In this document: positions 12,395 through 22,381 of the stretch, piece by piece
Layout: each line of letters opens with the position of its first letter
Position numbering within the stretch: position 1 is the stretch's first letter
Source: Candidatus Dadabacteria bacterium
Lineage (GTDB): Bacteria > Desulfobacterota_D > UBA1144 > Nemesobacterales > Nemesobacteraceae
DNA: 64,000 bases
NCBI GenBank assembly: GCA_007571325.1
Contig: RKRQ01000065.1
Coordinates: 7,972 to 71,971 of the forward strand
Direction of reading: 5' to 3'
Program-made: the position numbers and the translations under genes
The notes under the pieces: model-generated
Told to the model about the DNA's origin: nothing
What the model saw: only the letters and a program-made list of their open reading frames with translations
The model's database searches: none

Positions 12395-12760
12395 TTATAA
12401 GAGCGATCTTTCAAATATGACTTCTATTATCTTTTCATGAAGTCCCAGCGGTTCTGTGACCCTGTATTTTACATGTGGAAAATCCCGGGCCGCTTCGGCC
12501 ACCATTCTGGGTATATCGGATTTTGAGTGTCGTCCTGGCGCGAGAAAATACGGGTGGACCGTTATGTCGCTTGCGCCTGCTTTAACGCACTTAAAAAAAG
12601 CATCTTTTATTGAAGGGGAGCAAAGTTCCATATGGCAGTGCTCAACCATATCGAATGGCGAGTATGGGTAAGCTCTCGCTCTGTAAGCTACTTCCTGAAG
12701 AAGGGTGTTTGCCTCTTCTACGGTGCTTCCGTGATCAACTAAAATTAAAGCCTTCATCAT
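12395..12760 (-). CDS. CbiX/SirB-type small sirohydrochlorin chelatase family protein
   Basis: 121 aa. ALILVDHGS N-terminal motif typical of CbiX(S). Confidence 0.65.
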   Translation of the reverse strand: MMKALILVDHGSTVEEANTLLQEVAYRARAYPYSPFDMVEHCHMELCSPSIKDAFFKCVKAGASDITVHPYFLAPGRHSKSDIPRMVAEAARDFPHVKYRVTEPLGLHEKIIEVIFERSLL

Positions 12761-13909
12761 TCAGTTTTTTTCTGAATGGAGTTTTACAGTCTCAAGAACT
12801 ATCTCCGCTGACTTGTAAAATTCATCAAGCAGAAGATACTCGTTTATCGTGTGAAGTTCATACATTCCCGTTCCTAGGTTTACGCATTCAATTCCTTTTT
12901 CATTTATATAGTTTGCATCACATCCTCCACCGCTTGTATGAAGTTTTATGTTGTAGCGCAGGTTTGACACAGCTCCTAGTACAAGTTTCGTTACGGTTGC
13001 CTGAGGGGAGACATTCATTATCGGATATATCCGATTTATCTCAATTTCTGCCTTGGCATTTAACTTTTCTCCGTCTAGCATAATCTCTCTGCTTTGCGCG
13101 GCTTTCACAAAGCAGTCGTGCATGTGCTGTATCTGTGCGTCAAGTTTTTTTTCGTTGTGACTTCGCGCTTCGGCTTTTAGCTCAACGAGCCCGGGAACTA
13201 TGTTTGTCGCAGAACCTCCTTTTATCTCTCCTATGTTCGCAGTCGTTTCATGATCTATCCTTCCGAGGTTCATATTTGAGACTGCATCGCTTAGGACCTC
13301 TACAGCACTTATTCCGTTTTCAGGGCAAAGTCCAGAATGTGCTTCAACGCCGTATATTTTTACATCCATGATATCAGAGCACGGGCATCTAAGAACAAGC
13401 CTCTCTGGGGTACTGCTATCAAGAACTATTCCATAATGACTTTTAAAACTTGAAGCTTCAAGGAACTTTGCTCCTAGAAGACCGATTTCCTCGCAGATGG
13501 TAAATGCAACTTCTATATCCGAATGAGGTATGTTGTTTTCCTTAAGAGTTCTTAATACCTCAACTATTATTGATACTCCGCTCTTATCGTCGCTTCCAAG
13601 TATCGTTGTGCCATCACTTCTCATAACACCATTTTCCACTCTGGGTTTTATTGCTTCTCCAGGACTTACTGTGTCCATATGGGAGCAGAGAAAAAATGGC
13701 GGAGCATCTTTCTTCGTTCCAGCAAGCTTTACTATCAGGTTGCCTGTGTTTCCTATAACCTTGTCTCCCGCATCATCGTAAAAACATTCGGCTCCAAGTT
13801 CCTTCATGTCTTTCTCAAGTTTTAGGGCGACATTCTTTTCCTTCCTTGATGGACTGTCTATACGTATTATGTCCATCAGGTGATTGGTCATTCTTCCTTC
13901 TTGGATCAT
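12761..13909 (-). CDS. M20-family metallopeptidase (peptidase T-like tripeptidase)
   Basis: Metal-binding motifs CSHMDTV and GSDDKSGV. About 380 aa. The start may be the internal ATG at 13891. Confidence 0.65.
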   Translation of the reverse strand: MIQEGRMTNHLMDIIRIDSPSRKEKNVALKLEKDMKELGAECFYDDAGDKVIGNTGNLIVKLAGTKKDAPPFFLCSHMDTVSPGEAIKPRVENGVMRSDGTTILGSDDKSGVSIIVEVLRTLKENNIPHSDIEVAFTICEEIGLLGAKFLEASSFKSHYGIVLDSSTPERLVLRCPCSDIMDVKIYGVEAHSGLCPENGISAVEVLSDAVSNMNLGRIDHETTANIGEIKGGSATNIVPGLVELKAEARSHNEKKLDAQIQHMHDCFVKAAQSREIMLDGEKLNAKAEIEINRIYPIMNVSPQATVTKLVLGAVSNLRYNIKLHTSGGGCDANYINEKGIECVNLGTGMYELHTINEYLLLDEFYKSAEIVLETVKLHSEKN

Positions 13910-14272
13910 GTAGAGATTTTCTCTTTTCTAGCTGGATAAGTTGGTTAAAGCATATTTAAAAACAAGCAATATTAAAAGACTTCGTTGGAAAAACACTTCA
14001 TCTTCCTACATTGAATAGAAGGTGATATGTATGCTGGGTAGAGCCTGGATTGTTTTCTCCGTTTAGAGTCAATGACAGGGGTTTGGGCTTTAGCTGCATT
14101 TCCATATATGAACCGGCTAAAATTTTATATGTTCTGTCTTTGTTTAGAAGATGGTTTATAGAAAAAACTATGCGCTCAAGCTCAAAAATTTTGTTTTACT
14201 AGGGACTGGTAGTGTAGAATAAAAGATCAATATTTTAGCAGTGTTTTAAAATCTGGATTAAGTGGTGAAAGA

Positions 14273-15742
14273 ATGGAATTTCTTCTGATAAAAGATAATG
14301 TTGCCGATCTTGAATCGGATTCAATTGTTTTTTTCTGTTATGAAAAACAGAGGCTTCCTGCTGCCGCTAGAAGAATTGATGAGAGACTCGGAGGGTTTCT
14401 TTCAGATAAGATTAAGTTATCTGATTTTAAAGGCAGTTTTGGAAAGACGATTCTTGTTGATACCCCGGGTGATTTCAGTACGAAAACAGTTCTTCTCTTG
14501 GGACTGGGGAAGAAAGAAGATTTCGGGTCGCTTGAAGCTTTTCGTGCTGCAAACATCGTAGTTGGAAGAGTCGGGAATCACTCTAGCACGATTTCTGTTG
14601 ATTTTTCTAACGTGGACAGAAAGTTCCTTAAGGTTTTTCTTGAAGGTATGGCTTGCGGTGCCTATGAGTATGGAAAATTTAAATCCTCAGGAAGAAAGAA
14701 AAATCGTTTGAAAAAGGTATGTGTAACGTCAAGAAAAATTTCCGCCAATTATTTTGACAAAGAAGCTGTGGAAGCCAGCGCAATTTCAAGAGGTGTGTCA
14801 TTCACAAGAGACCTTGTAAATGATCCTCCTAATATCCTTACACCATCAGTTCTTGCAGAACATGCGCTTTCGATTTCCAAAGAGTCGGAGTACCTAAACT
14901 GTAAGATTCTTGACAGGGAAGAGATAAGGGAAATGGGAATGGGAGGACTCTCGGCGGTTTCTTTTGGAAGTAGCGAGCCCCCAAGATTTATTCATCTTTC
15001 CTACTCACCTCCCAGAAAGTCTTCCAAAAAAATTGCTATTGTTGGTAAGGGAATAACTTTTGATTCGGGAGGGCTATGCCTTAAGCCTGCAGATAGTATG
15101 AGAACGATGAAAATGGATATGTCTGGTGCTGCAGTTGTGCTAGGAACCATAAAGGCTTTAGGAAAGTTGACTCCAGACGTTAACGTTCATGGCATTATCC
15201 CGGCTACTGAAAACATGACAGGGGCTTCGGCCTACAAACCAGATGATGTTGTAACTGCTCTCAATGGCAAGACGATAGAAATAATAAACACAGACGCCGA
15301 AGGCCGTGTGGCGCTTTCCGATGCGCTAAGTTACGCAGTCCGCCTGGGAGTTTCAGAAATAGTGGACCTAGCAACGCTTACAGGCGCCTGTATAGTCGCA
15401 CTTGGTCTTCACAATGCCGGGGTTATGGGTAATAATGTGAATCTTGTAAACTCGATTCTAAACTCTGCACGCGATGTGGGAGAAAAGATGTGGGAACTTC
15501 CTCTTGATTCAGAGTTAAGAGAAGGAATAAGAAGCCGTATAGCTGATGTTAAAAATATCGGCGGCAGATGGGGTGGGGCTATATCGGCGGCGCTTTTTCT
15601 TGAGAATTTTGTCTCGGAGGTTCCATGGGTCCATATAGATATAGCTGGTCCGTCCTATGTGGAAAAACCTTCGGATTGGTATCAATATGGGGCGACGGGG
15701 TTCGGCGTGAGAACTGTAGTCAACTATATTATGAAAAGATAG
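14273..15742 (+). CDS. pepA: Leucyl aminopeptidase (M17)
   Basis: M17 signature NTDAEGRVALSDAL. GKGITFDSGG motif. 489 aa. Confidence 0.9.
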   Translation: MEFLLIKDNVADLESDSIVFFCYEKQRLPAAARRIDERLGGFLSDKIKLSDFKGSFGKTILVDTPGDFSTKTVLLLGLGKKEDFGSLEAFRAANIVVGRVGNHSSTISVDFSNVDRKFLKVFLEGMACGAYEYGKFKSSGRKKNRLKKVCVTSRKISANYFDKEAVEASAISRGVSFTRDLVNDPPNILTPSVLAEHALSISKESEYLNCKILDREEIREMGMGGLSAVSFGSSEPPRFIHLSYSPPRKSSKKIAIVGKGITFDSGGLCLKPADSMRTMKMDMSGAAVVLGTIKALGKLTPDVNVHGIIPATENMTGASAYKPDDVVTALNGKTIEIINTDAEGRVALSDALSYAVRLGVSEIVDLATLTGACIVALGLHNAGVMGNNVNLVNSILNSARDVGEKMWELPLDSELREGIRSRIADVKNIGGRWGGAISAALFLENFVSEVPWVHIDIAGPSYVEKPSDWYQYGATGFGVRTVVNYIMKR

Positions 15743-15781
15743 GTTTTCGTTGGTTGATGTATGCTTGAGGAGAGAATATTT

Positions 15782-16702
15782 TTACGGGATGTAGTCAAGC
15801 CAGTGCTCAAATTTTGCATCCTCTCCTTTTATTACAGCAAAATACCTTTTCTGAAGTTTCTTTGTTATATCTCCAGGTTTTCCTGATCCTATCTTCTTGT
15901 TATCAACTTCCTTGATAGGTGTTACTTCAGCGGCGGTACCGGTGAAAAAAGCCTCATCTGCAATGTAAAGCTCGTCTCTTGTGAAACACTGTTCTTTTAC
16001 TGGTATATTCTCATCTTCCGCCAAATCCAGAACGCATTTTCTAGTTATTCCTTCCAGTATAGAAGTTAAAGGGGGCGTTTTCAAAGTCCCGTTTCTGACG
16101 ATAAAGATGTTTTCTCCACTTCCTTCAGCTACGTAACCTTCTGAGTCGAGCAGTATTCCTTCGTCAAAGCCTAGGTCGGCGGCTTCCTGCCTAGCCATTA
16201 CAGAATTTACGTAATTCCCACATATCTTGGCCTTGGTCATAAAAGAGTTGATATTCATTCTTGTAAATGAAGATATCTTTGCCCTGATACCGTTGGTGAT
16301 TGCATCATCTCCCAGATATGTTCCCCATGGCCATACGGCTATGGCAACGTTTATGACGTTATCTCCAGGAAGTATCCCTTTTTTCCCTGGTCCAATAAAA
16401 ACTATTGGTCTGATGTAAGCTTCTTCAAGTTCGTTTTCGCGCAGAATATCCACCACCGCGGAGCAAAGGGTCTCAATCGCGTATGGAATTTCTATGCCAG
16501 CGACATGCGCTGAGGAGTAAAGCCTTTGAATGTGTTCGGTAAGTTTTAAAACGGCCGATTTTCCGTTAGAACATTTATATGCTCTTATACCTTCAAATGC
16601 GCCTAGACCGTAGTGCAGAGTATGGGTAAGTACATGTACGTTTGCTTCATTCCAAGGTACTACTTCTCCATTGAACCATATTTTGGGTTGGTCGTCTGAC
16701 AT
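15782..16702 (-). CDS. ilvE: Branched-chain amino acid aminotransferase (class IV)
   Basis: 306 aa. EGSGENIF motif. Class IV PLP fold. Confidence 0.85.
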   Translation of the reverse strand: MSDDQPKIWFNGEVVPWNEANVHVLTHTLHYGLGAFEGIRAYKCSNGKSAVLKLTEHIQRLYSSAHVAGIEIPYAIETLCSAVVDILRENELEEAYIRPIVFIGPGKKGILPGDNVINVAIAVWPWGTYLGDDAITNGIRAKISSFTRMNINSFMTKAKICGNYVNSVMARQEAADLGFDEGILLDSEGYVAEGSGENIFIVRNGTLKTPPLTSILEGITRKCVLDLAEDENIPVKEQCFTRDELYIADEAFFTGTAAEVTPIKEVDNKKIGSGKPGDITKKLQKRYFAVIKGEDAKFEHWLDYIP

Positions 16703-16889
16703 AAGTCGCTATCCTGGTTTTGGGAAAGAAAATTTCTGAAACATTATCATTATTGCCCGTTTTATTGTCAAGCTTGATTGAGGATTGAGCGGCAAGTAAA
16801 AAGGGAGTGTAAATTTCTGAAGGCTTCCAAGGGAGGGCAAGTTTTTCGCAATGATATTTAAACGTATATAAATGGAGTTGAGTTTGGAT

Positions 16890-17270
16890 TCACCCCGGTT
16901 TCAAATACTTTTTAATTATAGTACTTGCTTGTCGGGAAAATTTAGATTTTGGGATCACCAAGTCCACTCCTTTTTCTTTGAATTTGCTGGCAATCTCAAG
17001 TTCTACATGTGGAAGATATCCTATACAGAAAGTTTTTTTATGTTCTGAAGATTTTTTAAATTTTGTAAAAGCCTCTTCTGAATCAATTTTCTTTGAAACA
17101 AGGTCAATAATTACGAGGTCAAGGCTTACCCCTTCGGTTTTTTTTTGAAGTTCCTCTCGATTTTTCACTTTTACCGTATTAATACCTATGTTTCTGGCGA
17201 TGGTTTCAATCTTTGACGAGAAAAACATATCGTCAGCAACTATGCAGATTGTTTTTCTCGAGATTTTCAT
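16890..17270 (-). CDS. Stand-alone response-regulator receiver domain protein (CheY-like)
   Basis: 126 aa. N-terminal DD (IVADD), phospho-acceptor Asp (LVIIDL), conserved Lys (VIPK). No output domain. Confidence 0.6.
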   Translation of the reverse strand: MKISRKTICIVADDMFFSSKIETIARNIGINTVKVKNREELQKKTEGVSLDLVIIDLVSKKIDSEEAFTKFKKSSEHKKTFCIGYLPHVELEIASKFKEKGVDLVIPKSKFSRQASTIIKKYLKPG

Positions 17271-17450
17271 TTGTCTGGAGTAAATATCCTTGTTCTGTCT
17301 GAATGATGCAAAGTTTGGATGTGTATGGAAATAATTTACCTTTTTATAGATGAAGTTAAGTTCTGAAAAACGTGGGAAAAACTGCTAATATATGCGGAAA
17401 GACAAAATCATTGTCTGATACATGTGCTGTTACGCTTAAGGAGGGTAGAT

Positions 17451-17885
17451 ATGAAGGCTACTTTAATTGCTTTTCTCGTAGCAATGATATTCGGAATTAA
17501 TCCGATCTTTGAAAAACTAAGTCTAAAGGATGCTTCTCCATTTACTGTCATTACCATAAGGTTTGTTTTCACTGCCTTGTGTCTGGTGTTTTTAACGCTG
17601 ATGACAGGCAGATTCGTTGAGGTCGTTAATGTCGACAGCCGAACACTTTTTTGGATACTTTTGTCAGGAATAATTGGGGGATTGATAGGACTTTTTCTTT
17701 ATTTTACTGCTCTTGATATGGCCGACACGTCAAAAATTATCGCTATAATAGCTACTTTTCCCATGTTCACGGCAATCTACGCTTATCTATTTCTGGGTGA
17801 AACACCGGGGCCAATGAGAATTACAGGAATTGCTTTTATCGTTATAGGTTCAGTACTGATTGAGTGGAATCTGCTTGCGGACTAG
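17451..17885 (+). CDS. EamA/DMT-family small membrane transporter (single EamA domain)
   Basis: Polytopic hydrophobic protein of 144 aa. Start moved to ATG 17451, preceded by AAGGAGG. The ORF track began at 17424. Confidence 0.55.
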   Translation: MKATLIAFLVAMIFGINPIFEKLSLKDASPFTVITIRFVFTALCLVFLTLMTGRFVEVVNVDSRTLFWILLSGIIGGLIGLFLYFTALDMADTSKIIAIIATFPMFTAIYAYLFLGETPGPMRITGIAFIVIGSVLIEWNLLAD

Positions 17886-17888
17886 AGG

Positions 17889-18206
17889 CTAAAGGTCTAT
17901 TGATTCTATACAATCGCGAAATTCTTCTGCCATATCTGGATGACCATGTTGTAATGCTGCGCGGATGCCTTTTTCATAGGAATCTTTTGCTCTGTCTTCC
18001 ATTCCAAGTTCAGTGTAGCAATGACCAAGCATTCTGTAAGCGGCCCCTTCATCGTTTTTAAGTTCAAGGTAGGCATTTATTGTTTCTATAGTCTTTTCAT
18101 AAAGTTGGAGCTTAAAATATTCATTTGCAAGACTGTAGTAAATAAGGGGATTTGAGGGGTTTTTCTCAAGTAATTTTCTAAATCTCTGAATTCTTTCTTC
18201 TGACAT
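17889..18206 (-). CDS. TPR-repeat protein
   Basis: 105 aa. Tetratricopeptide-like repeats (YYSLANEYFKLQLYEKTIE..., AYRMLGHCYTELG). Confidence 0.55.
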   Translation of the reverse strand: MSEERIQRFRKLLEKNPSNPLIYYSLANEYFKLQLYEKTIETINAYLELKNDEGAAYRMLGHCYTELGMEDRAKDSYEKGIRAALQHGHPDMAEEFRDCIESIDL

Positions 18207-18238
18207 ATTCTTATTTCCGGTCTTGATTCCCTGAATCT

Positions 18239-18916
18239 TTAATTTATATCTTTTTCATTCTTAAGGGTGAAATTTTTAAAACCGAAAACACCCATAAAAT
18301 TTTTTATGAGGGACCCAGCAACTGTATCAATTTTAATATTCTCTTTGTCCCCAAGCCAGTTTCCTATAGATGTTATTTTCACGTCTGTTATTCCGCAGGA
18401 GAGTATTAGGTCAAAGTAATTGAGATTCGTACTGACGTTAAGAGCAAATCCGTGGTAAGTCACCCACTTTCTTATAGCTATTCCTATGGATGCTATTTTG
18501 CTCCTTTTTACCCAAACTCCGGTAACTCCATCTACCCTTCTACCCTCAATGTGAAAATCCTCAAGCGTCTGGATTACTACTTCTTCAATATTTCTTAAGT
18601 GTCTGCGTATATCCATACCGTGATTCTTTAGGTTCAGTATAGGATAGCCCACTATCTGTCCTGGACCATGAAAAGTTATGTCTCCTCCTCTTGATGCGTG
18701 TATGAAAGAAATTCCATGTTTTTCAAGATATTGCTTTCTTACAAGCAGGTTTTCACTGTTTCCCTTCCTGCCAGTAGTTATCGTTGGCGGGTGTTCAAGC
18801 AGAATAAGTGAATCCTGTATTTCTTCGGCAATTCTTCTTGTGAGAAGGTTTTCCTGGTACCTAAGAGCCTTTCCGTAGGGAACCGTACCGAGTTTATATA
18901 TATCTATTGTACTCAT
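18239..18916 (-). CDS. lipB: Octanoyltransferase (lipoyl(octanoyl) transferase)
   Basis: RGGDITFHGPGQ motif. 225 aa. Adjacent to lpdA. Confidence 0.85.
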   Translation of the reverse strand: MSTIDIYKLGTVPYGKALRYQENLLTRRIAEEIQDSLILLEHPPTITTGRKGNSENLLVRKQYLEKHGISFIHASRGGDITFHGPGQIVGYPILNLKNHGMDIRRHLRNIEEVVIQTLEDFHIEGRRVDGVTGVWVKRSKIASIGIAIRKWVTYHGFALNVSTNLNYFDLILSCGITDVKITSIGNWLGDKENIKIDTVAGSLIKNFMGVFGFKNFTLKNEKDIN

Positions 18917-18942
18917 TGGTGCAGTAGTGAAACTCTTGGGCT

Positions 18943-20373
18943 TCAGAAGTTTCTTACCCTTCCAAGTGCATCAAGAGCCGCTTCCATGACAGCTTCTGAA
19001 AGTGTGGGGTGGGCGTGTTGCGTAGTAGCTATTTCGTAGGGTGTTGTCTCTAAGGTTTTAGCCACTCCGATTTCTGCAATCATCTCGGTTGCTCCGTGGC
19101 CTATTATATGGCTTCCAAGAAGTTCTTTTGTCTTTGAGTCAAAAATCATTTTTACAAAGCCTTCTGTTTCTCCTACCGCGACCGCTTTTCCTACAGCTCT
19201 GAAAGGAAATTTTCCTATATCTATCTCATAACCTTGGTCTTTTGCCTGGTTCTCCGTAAGACCGATCATCGCCACTTCCGGCTGACAATAAACGCATCCG
19301 GGAATTGAGTTATAATGCACTTTAGAGTCTATTCCCTTCATTCGTTCTACTGCAACAACTCCTTCCTCAGAAGCTTTGTGTGCGAGCATAGGACCTCCAA
19401 TCACATCTCCGATTGCATAGATATTGGAGCAGGTGGTCATATAATCTTCATCTGTTTTGATGAACCCTCTTTCATCAAGTTCAATTCCTACATCTTCAAG
19501 ACCCATACTTTCGCCTTTATCATAAAAAGCAAAAGAGGTAGGTGCGGCATTTGCTATGGCTCTTCTTCCGACAGACACAAGAACCATATCCGCCTTTAGC
19601 ATAGTCTGTTTGCCTGAAACTGTATTTTCTACAGTTAAAGTTGCAGAACCTGAGGTTTTCTTAAGAGATTTGTATACAGTCTCGTTAAGAATGTTCATGC
19701 CTTGTTTTTCAAATATCTTTTTCGCTTCTCTGGCTACTTCCTCGTCGGCCCCTGGCATAATCTGTTTCTCCATCTCTACTATGGTTACCTTGCTGCCAAA
19801 AGAGTTGTAGACATAGGCAAACTCCATTCCTATATATCCTCCGCCTATTATTACTACGGAGTTGGGAACCTCAGTGTGCATTATCGCCTCATCACTTGTC
19901 ATTACTGTTTTTCCGTCGATCTCAAGGCCGGGTAAAGTTCTTGGGACAGAGCCCGTGGCAAGAAGGATACGCTCACTCTCTATATCCTGCGGTTCTTTCC
20001 CGGTAACGGAAACGCCATGCTTTGACGTAAGCCTTCCAGTGCCATTTATAAGAGTGATCTTGTTTTTCTTGAAAAGTCCTGCTACACCTCTGTTAAGAGA
20101 CTCAGAGGCTTTTCTGCTTTTTTTTATTACTTCCGAGTAGTCAAAGGAAAGTCCATTATGGATAATTCCGTAATCTTTTGAGTTAAGAAAGTGAGAGTAC
20201 ATCTCAGCGCACTTGAGAATTGCTTTTGAAGGTATACACCCCCAGTTAAGACATACCCCTCCCGGCTTGTCCCGCTCAACGACCGCAACCTTCATTCCCA
20301 TTTGCGCGGCCCTTATCGCCGATATATATCCTCCGGGACCAGATCCTATAACTGTAAGATCAAATCTCTCCAT
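18943..20373 (-). CDS. lpdA: Dihydrolipoyl dehydrogenase
   Basis: FAD motif GSGPGGY. Redox-active disulfide CLNWGCIPSK. 476 aa. Confidence 0.9.
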   Translation of the reverse strand: MERFDLTVIGSGPGGYISAIRAAQMGMKVAVVERDKPGGVCLNWGCIPSKAILKCAEMYSHFLNSKDYGIIHNGLSFDYSEVIKKSRKASESLNRGVAGLFKKNKITLINGTGRLTSKHGVSVTGKEPQDIESERILLATGSVPRTLPGLEIDGKTVMTSDEAIMHTEVPNSVVIIGGGYIGMEFAYVYNSFGSKVTIVEMEKQIMPGADEEVAREAKKIFEKQGMNILNETVYKSLKKTSGSATLTVENTVSGKQTMLKADMVLVSVGRRAIANAAPTSFAFYDKGESMGLEDVGIELDERGFIKTDEDYMTTCSNIYAIGDVIGGPMLAHKASEEGVVAVERMKGIDSKVHYNSIPGCVYCQPEVAMIGLTENQAKDQGYEIDIGKFPFRAVGKAVAVGETEGFVKMIFDSKTKELLGSHIIGHGATEMIAEIGVAKTLETTPYEIATTQHAHPTLSEAVMEAALDALGRVRNF

Positions 20374-20685
20374 TTCGGAGTAATTATATTTATAATTGCT
20401 ATATCGTCAAAATAATAAAGAACGCCTCTAACCGCCGGATTTTTGCTTTTGTAGCTTTTGCTATAAATAGAATGGAGTTTGTTATTGATAAAGCTCAGGG
20501 AAATTCTGCAGACACGAGCTAAAGTGTAAGAAAAGCAGAAAAAAGATTTAGGCAAATGGCTTCAAATATATTTTAATACCGCGTACGTAAAATGTTACAA
20601 TGCTGAATTGGCGCACTGGTTTTATTATTTTTGGCAACAAGTTTATAGTCTGCTTTTCCATGCACAGAATTTGCTTCTCATCCCG

Positions 20686-20714
20686 TTGACAAGCTAGCAG
20701 ACGGAAATTATATT
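20686..20714 (+). promoter_or_regulatory. sigma70-like promoter for hrcA (TTGACA-N17-TATATT) ending about 12 nt before the annotated ATG
   Basis: -35 hexamer 20686-20691 and -10 hexamer 20709-20714, read from the sequence. Confidence 0.4.
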
Positions 20715-20725
20715 TCAAAAATATT

Positions 20726-21760
20726 ATGACACAGCCAATTTCTCCAAGGAACAGGGCTTTTCTCGGTTATGTAGTAGACCACTTCATTGAAACTACGAAT
20801 CCCATAGGTTCTGCAACCCTTATATCGAAATACAATATAAAATGGTCTCCGGCCACTGTTCGCCAAGGGCTTAATTCACTTATGGAAGCGGGATTTTTAG
20901 CCCAGAGTCACATTTCTTCGGGTAGGATTCCTACGGAGGAAGGAATAAATTATTACGTAGAGAACATCCTGTGCGTGGAGAACTCATCGGATTCTGACCT
21001 CCAGTTTCTTGAGAACAAATATGAGAGAATTGATGGCACACTTGATCACGTAATGAGTGCTACAAGTTCAATACTTTCTGACTGTACGAAACTTGCGGGT
21101 CTTGCGATGCTTCCTCAAAGAAATACTTTGAGGGTTAAATCCGCGAAGCTTCTGAAGATGGGACAGAAGGAGTGTCTCATCTTTTTAGTGTTTGAAGGTG
21201 GACTTACGGAGAAGACCTATGTTAGGCTTGCCAAACCCATCCAGGATTCCCAAGTCCAGAGAATAGGAGGTTATCTTAATCGGCTGATTTTGGGCCTTAC
21301 AATTGAACAGGTGCGCGAGGTTGTTCTCGAAAAAATCAAGAGAACCACCACCGAGTACAATGAAATTCTTGAAAAAGTGCTCAGGATAAGCAGTGAACTT
21401 TTTGAAAAGGAAAGAAAGGCGGGAATATTTGTGGAGGGGAAAGTTTCTGTTATTGAATCTATAAACTTTGGAGATTCTACTCTTTATAGAACTATAATTG
21501 AAATACTTGAAGACCAAAAACTTCTCTCAAGCCTTCTGAAGTCTGTTGTAAGGGACGGGCGTTCAAAGGTCTTTATAGGTTCAGAAAAAGGAATGCCTCA
21601 CGGTTTTAGCCTTGTGGCTGCACCTTACTACAAAGGAAATAGCTATGGAAGCTTAGGCGTGTTTGGTCCCATACGAATGAACTATTCGAAAATCATCCCT
21701 CTTGTGAATTATACGGCTAGAATGGTTACAAAAAGAGTTAATGGAGACATAATGGAATGA
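20726..21760 (+). CDS. hrcA: Heat-inducible transcription repressor HrcA
   Basis: 344 aa. N-terminal winged-helix region. Synteny with grpE and dnaJ. Confidence 0.85.
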   Translation: MTQPISPRNRAFLGYVVDHFIETTNPIGSATLISKYNIKWSPATVRQGLNSLMEAGFLAQSHISSGRIPTEEGINYYVENILCVENSSDSDLQFLENKYERIDGTLDHVMSATSSILSDCTKLAGLAMLPQRNTLRVKSAKLLKMGQKECLIFLVFEGGLTEKTYVRLAKPIQDSQVQRIGGYLNRLILGLTIEQVREVVLEKIKRTTTEYNEILEKVLRISSELFEKERKAGIFVEGKVSVIESINFGDSTLYRTIIEILEDQKLLSSLLKSVVRDGRSKVFIGSEKGMPHGFSLVAAPYYKGNSYGSLGVFGPIRMNYSKIIPLVNYTARMVTKRVNGDIME

Positions 21761-22338
21761 GTGAAAACACGATTGCGGATATTGATGAGAAAGATGCTAT
21801 AGAAGACTCAAAAGAGCTTGAATTGCCTTCTGTCGATACTGATAAAACAGAGAAAAAAGCTGACGAGGATATTTCCGCAGAATTCGAAGCTCTTAAGGAA
21901 AAGTATATCAGGCTCTCGGCTGATTTTGATAACTATAAAAAAAGACTTGCCAAAGAAAAACAGGAAATACTTGATTTTGGAAATGCACAGAAGTTAAAGG
22001 AGTTCCTTTCCGTTCTGGACAACATTGAAAGAGCCATTGAACTTTCTGAAGGGTTACATGGCGAAAAAACGGATTTTATAGCTTTTCTTGATGGAATAAG
22101 GCTCGTCCATACACAATTTCTGGCAGGACTCAAAAACTTCGGTGTTACTCTGATAGAATCAGGCCAAGGAACCAGTTTTGATCCCAATTACCACGAAGCT
22201 GTCTATAGAGAATACTCAGAAACTCACGAGAACGGAGCTATAATTTCAGAAATCCAGAAAGGCTATCTTCTTAATGGAAGATTGCTTAGACCCTCAATGG
22301 TTTCTGTGTCTCAGGGTATTGAGAAAAACCCTGAGTAA
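21757..22338 (+). CDS. grpE: Nucleotide exchange factor GrpE
   Basis: 193 aa. Acidic N-terminus. Overlaps hrcA stop by 4 nt. Confidence 0.85.
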   Translation: MSENTIADIDEKDAIEDSKELELPSVDTDKTEKKADEDISAEFEALKEKYIRLSADFDNYKKRLAKEKQEILDFGNAQKLKEFLSVLDNIERAIELSEGLHGEKTDFIAFLDGIRLVHTQFLAGLKNFGVTLIESGQGTSFDPNYHEAVYREYSETHENGAIISEIQKGYLLNGRLLRPSMVSVSQGIEKNPE

Positions 22339-22381
22339 ACAGTAAACAGACTTATAAAAAAATTCGCCCCACTATTCTATA

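Noticed and set aside
20374-20725. CIRCE (HrcA operator) upstream of hrcA
   Set aside because: I searched for TTAGCACTC-N9-GAGTGCTAA and near variants by eye. Only an unpaired ttggcgcac fragment is present, so I did not call an operator.
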